Notes: generated from the letters alone by a model not told the origin. A stretch of DNA of 64,000 bases from an uncultured virus (IMG/VR IMGVR_UViG_2857886120_000002) (IMGVR_UViG_2857886120_000002); one strand, 5' to 3'; positions 28,660-38,093 are shown, counted from the stretch's first letter. Made by a program: numbers and translations.

Positions 28660-30966
28660 ATGGAACAAGTAACATTAAATACACAAATTGATTTAAATAG
28701 TTTTATTAATGAATTTAAAGATTCATTATTGGATAGTTTGAATGCATCTAATCCTCCAGTTTACCTTCAGGATGATATGTCATTTGAACGACAATCAATT
28801 ATGGAACAGTTAAAACGTAAACCATTTAGTGAACAAGCTAATGTTGTACAGGCTGTTACAAAATTGTTATTAGATCAGAATGAACCTGCAGCGATTATCA
28901 ATGCTGAAATGGGAACAGGAAAGACAATGATGGCAATTGCTGTGGCAGCAGTACTTCACTATGAAGCCCAGTATCGACGTAATCTGATAATTTCGCCACC
29001 TCATCTTGTATATAAATGGCGACGAGAAATTTTAGAAACGATACCTAGTGCAAGAGTATGGGTTTTAAATGGCTCAGATACGCTTGTGAAGCTATTAAAA
29101 TTGAGGCAAGAGCTTAAGTTAGGTATTACATCTAATGTGCCTGAATTCTACATTTTAGGACGTGTTCGAATGCGGATGGGATACCACTGGAAACATGCCT
29201 TGAAATCAAAACCTATTTACCAAAAGCAAAATATTCATGATGAGCACGGGGAGGTTAAAACAAAATACATAAAAAGAGACTGTGCTGCTTGTCCAGACTG
29301 TTATAATTTTTGTCGTGATGACGAGGGTGAGTTAATTCTTTTTAGCGATTTTGTTTTGAAAGAACATCGAACAACTTGTGTGAGTTGTGGCAGTGCTTTA
29401 TGGACTTTGATTAGACCATCAAATAACTCAAATTCTAGTTTTAGAGACAGAGTTAAAAAATCAATGTGTCAAATTCCGACAATTGGACCAGTAAAAGCTG
29501 AATCTTTAATTAATAAATTTGGTGACGATTTTCTATCTGATCTGCTTGCGGATAATGCATCAGATTTTGTTAATTTGATGGATGAAGATGGTGAGTTTAT
29601 TTTCACTGACAGACAAGCAATAAGAATGGAAAAAGCTTTAGCTAAACTTGAATTTGGTTTTGGCGAAGGTGCTTATCAAGCTACCGAATTTATCAAAAGA
29701 TATTTACCACAAGGATTTTTTGATTTATTGATTGTTGATGAAGGTCATGAGTATAAAAATCAAGGCTCTGCACAAGGGCAGGCGATGGGTGTGCTTGCCA
29801 GCCAAGTTAAAAAGATTTTACTTTTAACTGGTACTCTTATGGGAGGATATGCAGATGACCTATTTTTTTTACTTTTTCGTGTATTAACGTCTAAGATGAT
29901 TGAAGACGGTTATAAACCGAATAGCAGAGGTTCACTTGGTACCGCAGCAATGGAGTTTATGCGAGATCATGGAATCATTAAAGACCTATATACGGAAAGG
30001 CATGGAAATAGTCATAAAACAGCCAAAGGTAATCAGATTTCTCATCGAACACAAAAAGCTCCAGGTTTTGGACCAAAGGGTATTTTACGATATGTATTAC
30101 CGTATACAGTATTTCTAAAGCTTAAAGATATTGGTGATAATATTCTCCCGAATTATACTGAAGAGTATATTGATATTCCAATGTCATATGAGCAACGAAG
30201 TTATTACGATGATTTATCGAATAAACTTAAGAGTGAGTTGAGAAGTGCATTAGTGAAAAGAGATACAACATTACTTGGTGTTGTACTCAATACCTTACTT
30301 GCATGGCCTGACTGCTGTTTTAGAGCAGAAACAGTCACTCATCCAAGAGCACGAGAAGATAAGCTGGCTTTTGTGCCATCTGTATTTAGTGGTGATGAGG
30401 GTGATAGTTTTATTGAATGTTCGCCAAAAGAGCAATCTTTAGTTGAACATTGTTTAGCTGAAAAAACAGATGGTCGTAAAGTATTAGTATATGCAACTTA
30501 TACTGGTACTCGAGACATAACTGGACGGCTTAAGCTTATTTTAGAACAAGCTGGTTTAAAAACAGCTATATTAAAATCGAATGTGTCGCCAGAGAAAAGG
30601 GAGGATTGGATCTTAGACAAAGTGGATAAAGATTATGATATTGTCATAACAAATCCAGAACTTGTTAAAACTGGTCTTGATTTACTTGATTTTCCGACCA
30701 TTATTTTCTTGCAAACTGGTTTTAATGTTTACACATTGCAACAAGCAGCAAAACGCTCGTTTAGAATTGGCCAAAAAAATGATGTAAAAGTGATTTATTT
30801 GGGCTATGAAAATTCAGCACAAACAAGCTGTTTAAAATTAATGGCAAAAAAAATAGCAGTTTCACAAAGTACATCAGGAGATATACCAGATTCGGGATTA
30901 GATATACTCAATTCTGATGATGAATCTATTGAGATGGCTTTAGCGAAACAGCTAATTGCATCATAA
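28660..30966 (+). CDS. SNF2/DEAD-like superfamily 2 helicase
   Basis: NAEMGTGKT, DEGHE, LTGT, NPELVKTGLDL, QAAKRSFRIGQ. Confidence 0.92.
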   Translation: MEQVTLNTQIDLNSFINEFKDSLLDSLNASNPPVYLQDDMSFERQSIMEQLKRKPFSEQANVVQAVTKLLLDQNEPAAIINAEMGTGKTMMAIAVAAVLHYEAQYRRNLIISPPHLVYKWRREILETIPSARVWVLNGSDTLVKLLKLRQELKLGITSNVPEFYILGRVRMRMGYHWKHALKSKPIYQKQNIHDEHGEVKTKYIKRDCAACPDCYNFCRDDEGELILFSDFVLKEHRTTCVSCGSALWTLIRPSNNSNSSFRDRVKKSMCQIPTIGPVKAESLINKFGDDFLSDLLADNASDFVNLMDEDGEFIFTDRQAIRMEKALAKLEFGFGEGAYQATEFIKRYLPQGFFDLLIVDEGHEYKNQGSAQGQAMGVLASQVKKILLLTGTLMGGYADDLFFLLFRVLTSKMIEDGYKPNSRGSLGTAAMEFMRDHGIIKDLYTERHGNSHKTAKGNQISHRTQKAPGFGPKGILRYVLPYTVFLKLKDIGDNILPNYTEEYIDIPMSYEQRSYYDDLSNKLKSELRSALVKRDTTLLGVVLNTLLAWPDCCFRAETVTHPRAREDKLAFVPSVFSGDEGDSFIECSPKEQSLVEHCLAEKTDGRKVLVYATYTGTRDITGRLKLILEQAGLKTAILKSNVSPEKREDWILDKVDKDYDIVITNPELVKTGLDLLDFPTIIFLQTGFNVYTLQQAAKRSFRIGQKNDVKVIYLGYENSAQTSCLKLMAKKIAVSQSTSGDIPDSGLDILNSDDESIEMALAKQLIAS

Positions 30967-30983
30967 TAAAACAGTTATTCCAT

Positions 30984-31012
30984 AAAAAAACGCAACAATT
31001 GTTGCGTTTTTT
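30984..31012. terminator. Bidirectional terminator, duplicated at 31714-31741
   Basis: A7-CGCAACAATTGTTGCG-Tn palindrome between convergent genes. Confidence 0.75.
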
Positions 31013-31032
31013 TTGGTTTTTAAAGAGTTTGA

Positions 31033-31329
31033 TTACAATATACCATATTGTTCAAGTTGTTCAAGTATACTTAAATCTAAATTTTTTAATAATTTGATGA
31101 ATTTTTTATAATGACTAGCACTAACAATGATTTTTCTATCTACAGTTAGAAGAGAGTAGTTATATTTTAAACTCATCTTTTCATGATATTTTTTTCTGTA
31201 AGAAATAAAATCTTTCAGTGAGTCAAATATATAAACATCTTCATCATTAAAAACCCCATCTTTTGTAAAGACTATTAGACCAATGCAGCAAAGTCCGTCA
31301 TTTAGAAGAGTTTCTAGTTTATTATTCAT
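31033..31329 (-). CDS. Hypothetical protein (98 aa)
   Basis: AAGGAG RBS and ATG at 31329 downstream of leader copy 2. Confidence 0.65.
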   Translation of the reverse strand: MNNKLETLLNDGLCCIGLIVFTKDGVFNDEDVYIFDSLKDFISYRKKYHEKMSLKYNYSLLTVDRKIIVSASHYKKFIKLLKNLDLSILEQLEQYGIL

Positions 31330-31418
31330 GATATTCTCCTTGGAAATATGAGTGAAATTAAAAGGAGAATATTTTCGCCATAGGGAAAATTTTCCCCTAT
31401 GGGTGAGTGGATGACTGA

Positions 31419-31571
31419 AACTCAACATCAAATAGATGTTACCAACCTGCAAGAAACAGTGAGTTTGTTGGCTGTTAGTGTGTGATCACCTTAATTAAAA
31501 GGAACGTCCCATTTCTGGCTACGTCTGAGAATTAATGATCATCTTCTCGTTGTTTGTTACTAAAAAATAAC
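31419..31571 (-). ncRNA. ~150-nt repeated structured leader, copy 2
   Basis: Homologous to copy 1; TTGAAT(31611)-16-TATACT(31589) promoter on the minus strand. Confidence 0.7.
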
Positions 31572-31739
31572 TAAGGCAGAATCAGTATACTAATTTATCT
31601 CAAATATTCAATACTAGCATGAAAAAAATGTGGAAGTTTTGCTTTTTTATTTGTAATGTTACAGTCAATGTACGAACCTACTCCAGTTGAATGTAAGTCA
31701 AAAGTTATTTTATAAAAAAACGCAACAATTGTTGCGTTT

Positions 31740-32072
31740 TTATTGATTTTTAGATGGTTTTTTATCAAAACAAATCTCTTTTAACTGAGTTTCAGTGAAA
31801 TTATTTTGTTCAGAATCTGCAAAATCCGAAATAGTAAAATTACAAACTTCCCCCCATGTTACTAGGCACTCAACACACGTTATTGGGTATTTGTTTTCAG
31901 CGATTTTTAGAGAATCGCCGATTACTTCATTTTTTTCATTTCTTTTTATTGTATAGCTATTGCAGAGCGTGCCATCACTAGTTGCTATATGTGTTAATGT
32001 TCGTTGTAGAACTAGTCCTTTTTGTGTTTTAATTTGTTCGATTGTTGTAATTGTTTTTTTGATTGTTTCCAT
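31740..32072 (-). CDS. Hypothetical protein
   Basis: ORF with GAGG RBS, ending at a terminator copy. Confidence 0.6.
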   Translation of the reverse strand: METIKKTITTIEQIKTQKGLVLQRTLTHIATSDGTLCNSYTIKRNEKNEVIGDSLKIAENKYPITCVECLVTWGEVCNFTISDFADSEQNNFTETQLKEICFDKKPSKNQ

Positions 32073-32200
32073 TATTAGCCTCAACTCCTCTTTTTAAATC
32101 TATCTTCATTCAGTATTCCTTAATTAAATTTCTCACCTCTGCACTGAATAAAATCAGTTGTAAAAAAAGCAAGTTTCCTTGCTTTCTTATTGTGAATTAT

Positions 32201-32614
32201 TTAACTAGTTAAGAGACAAATATTATCAATAATTTCACCATCAATACTTAATACAGCTTCAGAATACAAATCAAAATAGGCATTATGACCTAATTCTTTT
32301 AAATGCTCCAAAAAACAAATCAAAAAACATTGTGTATAATCTCCTGATGATAAAATTTCTTTATAAGATGAATTGAAACGGCTAGCAATTTTATGATTGA
32401 AATCATTTAAATTATTACATTGCCATTGTTTTATCAACCAATCTTCCATTTTTGATAGATAGAGATTAAATTCAACGCCTTCTCCATCAGAGAATGAATT
32501 AATCAAATCATATCGTTTAATATTAGATAATATATCGTCATCAATTTTTATAATGTCATCTCTAAGATAGAGTCGTTTACTAGTAACATTATCAAGTTTA
32601 TTTTCAATATACAT
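32201..32614 (-). CDS. Hypothetical protein
   Basis: 137-aa ORF, AGGAG RBS within a pseudoknot element, terminator at 32163-32185. Confidence 0.65.
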   Translation of the reverse strand: MYIENKLDNVTSKRLYLRDDIIKIDDDILSNIKRYDLINSFSDGEGVEFNLYLSKMEDWLIKQWQCNNLNDFNHKIASRFNSSYKEILSSGDYTQCFLICFLEHLKELGHNAYFDLYSEAVLSIDGEIIDNICLLTS

Positions 32615-32699
32615 AAGTGTTCTCCTATAGTTTTAAGTTTCAAAGGAGAACCCTCCATTAGGAGTATTCTCCTAATGGAAATGGAATTGTGTAGAGTTT

Positions 32700-33092
32700 T
32701 TATAAAGCTAATTCATAATTAGATAGATCAATGAGTTTAGCTATTTCAATATTACGAACAATAGGTAATTTGCGTTTCAGATATTCGAGGAAATTAGTTG
32801 TTGGGTTTAACTGCCAATGAACTAATACTACATTTACTAAGCCACTAATTACTATGTTCTGGGTAGAATTGTCTACTATTGATGCACGTTTAACTTTACA
32901 TGGACGATTATTAATTTCACCATCCATCCAAATATCACCAAGAAGGTGAGTAATTTCATTTTCAACCTCAATAATTGAATTAAAACTACGCTCAGAAGTG
33001 ATAATTTCGACCTGATTATTGTCAGTAAAAGTGATCTCTAGTTTAAATCCATAATTATTTGTAAATAAGTCTTTAATGTAATTAATTGTCAT
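32700..33092 (-). CDS. Hypothetical protein
   Basis: GGAG RBS and ATG at 33092 downstream of leader copy 3. Confidence 0.65.
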   Translation of the reverse strand: MTINYIKDLFTNNYGFKLEITFTDNNQVEIITSERSFNSIIEVENEITHLLGDIWMDGEINNRPCKVKRASIVDNSTQNIVISGLVNVVLVHWQLNPTTNFLEYLKRKLPIVRNIEIAKLIDLSNYELAL

Positions 33093-33339
33093 AATATTCT
33101 CCAAAATTAAGTCAATAAAAAGGAGAATTTATGCCCGATAGGGATAAAATTCCCCTATGGGTGAGTAAAAGGTAAGTTAATAAGAACTCAACATCCAATA
33201 GATGTTACCAACCTGCAAGAAACAGTGAGTTTGTTGGCTGTTAGTGTGTGATCACCTTAATTAAAAGGAACATACCATTTTACTGGCTATGTCTGAGAAT
33301 TAACGATCATCCTCTCGTTGTTTGCTACTAAAAGTAGCG
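33088..33339 (-). repeat. 252-bp direct repeat A (leader copy 3 + pseudoknot + RBS + start codon)
   Basis: Matches 34644-34895 with two mismatches by eye. Confidence 0.95.
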
Positions 33340-33359
33340 AAAAAAATTAGTATAACGAT

Positions 33360-33650
33360 TTAATTAATGCGCTGCTTTGCATCGTTGTAAACATTTAAAG
33401 ATTCTCGCTTACCTATCGCTAACACTTTGATAATAATAAGCTCATCAATAACTTTATAGACCATTCTGAATCCAGACGACCTCAATTTTATTTTGAAACA
33501 CCCAGATAGTGAACCACTTAACTTAGCTGATTCAATATAAGGGTTAATCTGAAGTTTTTTTAACTTTTTTTTAAATTGAAGCTGTATACTCCGATCTAAT
33601 TTATTCCATTCTTTAAATGCCTTTTCATCGAACACGACTTTAAAGGTCAT
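33360..33650 (-). CDS. relE: RelE/StbE-family toxin
   Basis: F-EKA-KEW-KLD-SI--QFKKKL, KIKLRSSG-R-VY-V, AIGKRE. Confidence 0.93.
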   Translation of the reverse strand: MTFKVVFDEKAFKEWNKLDRSIQLQFKKKLKKLQINPYIESAKLSGSLSGCFKIKLRSSGFRMVYKVIDELIIIKVLAIGKRESLNVYNDAKQRIN

Positions 33651-34017
33651 CCACATTCACCTCAATAATTTTACCTGGGTTTCTGAGTCTATCTTCGGCA
33701 ATTCTAAGAATATCTTCATCTTCGTCAATACACGGAACTAAACGAATTATTTCCGGTTGGTTTGATTTATGTTTAATTTGCCATAAATCATACTGGGATT
33801 GTAATGATAACCACATTCTTGCAGTGCTAATTCCGGCTAGTTCTAATCGCCAAGCTAGGGTTGGCGAAATAGGGGCTTTACCATGTAACACTCTTGATAT
33901 TGTTTCACGTGAAAAACCTAGATGTTTAGCAAAATCAGTAATAGTCATATTTAATGTATTAGGTAAAATTTCGTCTAATAAAATTTCACCAGGATGTGAA
34001 GGGTTAAACATTTCCAT
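33640..34017 (-). CDS. higA: HigA-family HTH antitoxin with a RelB/StbD-like C-terminal tail
   Basis: HPGEIL, A-HLG-SR-T-SR, A-MWL-LQ-QYDLW; tail EDILRIAEDRL...EVNVDDL overlapping relE start. Confidence 0.85.
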   Translation of the reverse strand: MEMFNPSHPGEILLDEILPNTLNMTITDFAKHLGFSRETISRVLHGKAPISPTLAWRLELAGISTARMWLSLQSQYDLWQIKHKSNQPEIIRLVPCIDEDEDILRIAEDRLRNPGKIIEVNVDDL

Positions 34018-34025
34018 AAATGCTC

Positions 34026-34082
34026 CAATACCTCTAGTTGGACTAGTTTCAAAAGTTCCAGTCCTTTATGTTCAAAACTTTT
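34026..34082 (-). pseudogene. Remnant of higB toxin 5' end
   Basis: Minus strand reads KSFEHKGLEL then, after a frameshift, FETSPTRGI, resembling HigB N-termini; it runs directly into the higA RBS. Confidence 0.55.
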
Positions 34083-34183
34083 AAGCCTTTTTCCGTGATG
34101 AATTACATCACAAATGGAGAGTTGAAGCAACTGATTTAACAATTAAAAAAGCAAGTTTCCTTGCTTTTTTGAGTTGTTAATTG

Positions 34184-34648
34184 TTACGCAACATTACTGA
34201 GTTCTTCATCATGTTGAGGTTCACTTTGATTTTCTAAATGCTCGATTTTATCCGAATATTTAAGTTCACCATCAATTTTAATGCTGGAGATTTTTAGTAA
34301 TCGAGCTTTTAAATTGATTCCAACATTTCCTTTTTTAACTCCAGTGCTGTATGTAAATGTTTCAGCATAGATATCACCGACGCAAAAACTGATTAAGATT
34401 TTTTTGTTGGCTTTATTTGCTTCAATGCATTTTTCAACTAAGCTTTTTGCTTTTTCACCGGTAACGTTACAGTTAATGTAGGTATATTCGGCGTTTTGGC
34501 AATTTCCTCGCAGTGCGGCGATTGTACATGATAAATACGGTTTACCATTTTTGACTTTAACTTCACGGATTCGGTTTAAATAGCCAATTCCAGTTGTATG
34601 TAAATCAAAAAATTGTTTAGTTACTGTGTTATTAGTTAAGTTAGTCAT
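34184..34648 (-). CDS. DUF3577 / STY4534-family ICE protein
   Basis: FFDLHTTGIGYLNRIREV, L-CTIAALRG, LKARLL-I--IKIDGE. Confidence 0.9.
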   Translation of the reverse strand: MTNLTNNTVTKQFFDLHTTGIGYLNRIREVKVKNGKPYLSCTIAALRGNCQNAEYTYINCNVTGEKAKSLVEKCIEANKANKKILISFCVGDIYAETFTYSTGVKKGNVGINLKARLLKISSIKIDGELKYSDKIEHLENQSEPQHDEELSNVA

Positions 34649-34895
34649 AATATTCTCCAAAATTAAGTCAATAAAAAGGAGAATTTATGCCCGATAGGGA
34701 TAAAATTCCCCTATGGGTGAGTAAAAGGTAAGTTAATAAGAACTCAACATCCAATAGATGTTACCAACCTGCAAGAAACAGTGAGTTTGTTGGCTGTTAG
34801 TGTGTGATCACCTTAATTAAAAGGAACATACCATTTTACTGGCTATGTCTGAGAATTAACGATCATCTTCTCGTTGCTTGCTACTAAAAGTAGCG
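34644..34895 (-). repeat. 252-bp direct repeat B (leader copy 4 + pseudoknot + RBS + start codon)
   Basis: Matches 33088-33339; TTGCGA(34934)-16-TATAAT(34912) promoter upstream on the minus strand. Confidence 0.95.
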
Positions 34896-35018
34896 GAAAC
34901 AAACTAATTATACTAATTAAGTAAAAATTCGCAATATGAGTATTTATTTTTCTATATTAAATATGGTTCATCAAGTTTATATTGATAAACATACAGGTTT
35001 TTAAAAATTGTATTGATT

Positions 35019-36869
35019 ATGCTTCATTTCATAAAAAAGTTAATTGTTAAAAATAAACATGAGAGTATCAGTACTAATGAGAATTTATCATCATTGGAAG
35101 ACTGGTATATTCCAAAATCGGCAACAGAATTGCTTGATACACCTTCTCGAAAAAAGCTGATCTCACTAATTTGGCAACGAGTATCAATTGATCAACAAAG
35201 ATTTAATAAATTATATATGGATGTTATCAATAATTATGTTGAAATAGTGCAATTACTGCCCGCTTCGGAGGCACACCATCATTCGTATACAGGTGGTATG
35301 ATTGATCACGGACTTGAGGTGGCAAATTATGCATTGAAGTTGAGGCAATCTTACTTACTTGGAGCTAACGCAGAAGATATTCCAAGACAAGCTCAAGCTT
35401 GGAGTGCTGCAGTTGTATACGGTGCATTGTTACATGACATAGGTAAAGTTGTTGTAGATGTTCATGTTGAAATGAATGACGGTAACATTTGGTATCCCTG
35501 GCAAAGTAATTTAGCTTTACCATATCGGTTTAATTACAAAAAAGATAGAGATTATTCTCTTCATCCATGTGCAGCTACACTAATGGTTAAGCGAATTTTG
35601 CCAGATGAAAGTATCACTTGGTTATCTCAATTCCCAGAATTATTTAAATCATTTTTAAGTTTATGTTCTGGTCACACTGAAAAAGCTGGCGTATTATCTG
35701 AAATTATACAAAAAGCAGATATGTTTTCTGTATCGAATAATCTAGGTGGAGATCCAACAAAAATACTGAGCAAACCAGTATCATTAATGAGTAAAATGAT
35801 AGTTTCGATAAGGTATTTAGTTGAGTCGGAATTAATTTTGAATGGTCCAAAAGCTTGCGATGGCTGGTTTGATGGGAAAGATGTTTGGGTTATCAGTAAG
35901 TCATTCACCGATAAAATGAAAGCTAATTTGTTGCAAAATGGTATAACTGATATACCGACTGATAATGCAAAAATATTTAATATACTAAGAGAGCATGGGA
36001 TAGCAATAGCAAATGAAGATAAAACTATTTGGCCGTGTAAAATTGAATCTGAGGAGAGTGGTTGGATTGCTGAAAAATTAACACTTATCCGTATACCTGC
36101 TAATGTTGCTTTTCATAATATTACTAATGCTCCAGAACCATTCAAGGGTTCAATCACTCCACTGTTAACAGAAGCAGATGATCTTAACTCCATACGTGAT
36201 AATATTTCAACGGAAGAGGTTAAAGAAGAGTCTAAATTAAACATTGCATCTGAGTCTGTAGATGACAAAGCTTCTAGAATGCAAGATACAATATTGAACC
36301 TATTTTCTAATGAACAAACAAATACTGCGATATCTGAAGTAGATATAGCTGATAATCATGATGATTGCGACAATTTTAAAGAGGATCGTCAAATAAGAGA
36401 AAATGATTTAAAAAATAATAATATTTCTATTTCAAATGAGTGTATTTCTAACACATTAGATAATGATGATATCTATAATCACCCATTTTTTAAATGGGTT
36501 AGACGTCAAATTATTGATAAAAAATTACCTGTTAATAACCAAAATGCATGCATTCATACTGTTGATGGTAAAATATTCATGATAACTCCTAAAATTTTTA
36601 AAAAATATAGTTTATATATACATGGTAATGATGATGATAGTAACTGGAAACAATATCAACGTGAATTTCAAGAGTTGAAAATTCATACAAAATTCAGTGA
36701 TGAAGGATTTAATATCTGGAAGTGCCTAATTTCTGGGAAAAGAAAAAGCCATACTTTTATCAAAGGTTATTTAATTGATAACAAACCATTATTTGCTATT
36801 GAGAATAATTTGCATGATAATCCACATCTAACATTAATTCATGATGTTAATATTTACAAAAACAATTAG
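35019..36869 (+). CDS. mobH: MobH-family relaxase (TraI_2, HD domain)
   Basis: VQLLPASEAHHHSY-GGM-DHGLEV, ALLHDIGK, I-KAD; adjacent to integrase. Confidence 0.93.
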   Translation: MLHFIKKLIVKNKHESISTNENLSSLEDWYIPKSATELLDTPSRKKLISLIWQRVSIDQQRFNKLYMDVINNYVEIVQLLPASEAHHHSYTGGMIDHGLEVANYALKLRQSYLLGANAEDIPRQAQAWSAAVVYGALLHDIGKVVVDVHVEMNDGNIWYPWQSNLALPYRFNYKKDRDYSLHPCAATLMVKRILPDESITWLSQFPELFKSFLSLCSGHTEKAGVLSEIIQKADMFSVSNNLGGDPTKILSKPVSLMSKMIVSIRYLVESELILNGPKACDGWFDGKDVWVISKSFTDKMKANLLQNGITDIPTDNAKIFNILREHGIAIANEDKTIWPCKIESEESGWIAEKLTLIRIPANVAFHNITNAPEPFKGSITPLLTEADDLNSIRDNISTEEVKEESKLNIASESVDDKASRMQDTILNLFSNEQTNTAISEVDIADNHDDCDNFKEDRQIRENDLKNNNISISNECISNTLDNDDIYNHPFFKWVRRQIIDKKLPVNNQNACIHTVDGKIFMITPKIFKKYSLYIHGNDDDSNWKQYQREFQELKIHTKFSDEGFNIWKCLISGKRKSHTFIKGYLIDNKPLFAIENNLHDNPHLTLIHDVNIYKNN

Positions 36870-36895
36870 TGAGAAAATGAGAATCAGGAGTATTT

Positions 36896-37854
36896 ATGGA
36901 AATAAAAAAAGAAAAAATATCTTGGCAGGAATTGCTCATAGTATATCTAGAATTTAAACAATTGCGTAAACAAACTATCTATAATTATAGAAGGTATATT
37001 GAAGCATTTACTCGATTTTTTAATAGTGATTTTACAAATATTAACTCAATTAACCATAAAACAGTATCAAACTTTAGAAGCCATATTTTGGAGGTCAGAC
37101 AATGTAAACATGTAACGTGGAATAGTTATTGTCGTCATTTTAAAGCGTTAATGGGATTTGGTATAGAACAAGGCTTAGTTATTCAAAAAAAAATCCATTT
37201 GATAAGATGTTAATAAAACCAGGAAAGAAAGCTAAAAAGACTATATCACAAGCAGATATTGATATTTGTTTAAGTTTTCTTAAAGAAAAACAGCTAAAAG
37301 AATCACCAAGAGATTTTTGTTATCCCGCCCAATTTTGGATAACACTGATTAAAATTTTGCAGTATACGGGTATTCGACGTAATCAATTGTTGCATATTCG
37401 TATTTGTGATATTAATGATAAAGATAAAAAACTTTTTTTAAGAGAAGAGGGTTCGAAAACCCATAACGAAAGAGAAATTCCTCTGATTGACGATGTTTTT
37501 CAAGATATTGTTGAATTAAAGAAACAATTAAAGATGTTAAATAAAAAAACGACCATGCAGCTATTTAATATTTATCATTTTAAAAATGATAAATGTGATT
37601 ATTACAAAGAAATGAATTTTGATCGAATAGATGCGTTTTTTCAGCGATTATCAAAAGTTTGCAATGTTAAAGTTAGTCCGCATCGATTCAGGCATACATT
37701 AGCAACAAATCTGATGAAACAGCCAGATCGAAATGTAACATTAGTAAAGGAGCTATTAGGGCATTCATCGTTGTCAACAACATTAGAGTATATAGTAACA
37801 GATCATGATCAATTAAGATCTTGTTTAGATGAGCATTTTAATCAATTAAAATAA
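36896..37854 (+). pseudogene. Tyrosine recombinase (XerC-like ICE integrase) split by a frameshift at an A9 run (37185-37193)
   Basis: N-part with TWNSY-RH-KAL (36896-37213); C-part in the -1 frame with YTGIRRNQL, SKT, SPHRFRHTLAT, LGHS, Y; adding one A restores QKKNPFDKMLIKPG. Confidence 0.85.
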
Positions 37855-38093
37855 TGGGTAATTATATAAATAATTGTTTATTGATCATTAAAATTATTCA
37901 ATAATGGCTTACTATTAGTATTCAATGTAATTGATATAGAATACTAGTAGTAATACATACAATAATGGATGATTATTAATGTTGACAAAATTTTTAATTT
38001 ATTTATTATTTGTTAACAATATCTATCCCTCTATTATGAGATTTATTAATACGTAGAAATTAATTAAATATTAAAATCAATTAGTTGGTTGAT

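Noticed and set aside
31330..31452. N-terminal extension of ORF 31033..31452 (likewise 24685-24750 for vapD and 5776-5889 for pilL)
   Set aside because: These extensions run through leader or terminator structures; better RBS-ATG starts lie downstream
30984..34934. Integron cassette array with attC sites
   Set aside because: Repeats lie 5' of genes and carry promoter and RBS; no attC-like pattern was recognised and the nearby recombinase is the ICE integrase
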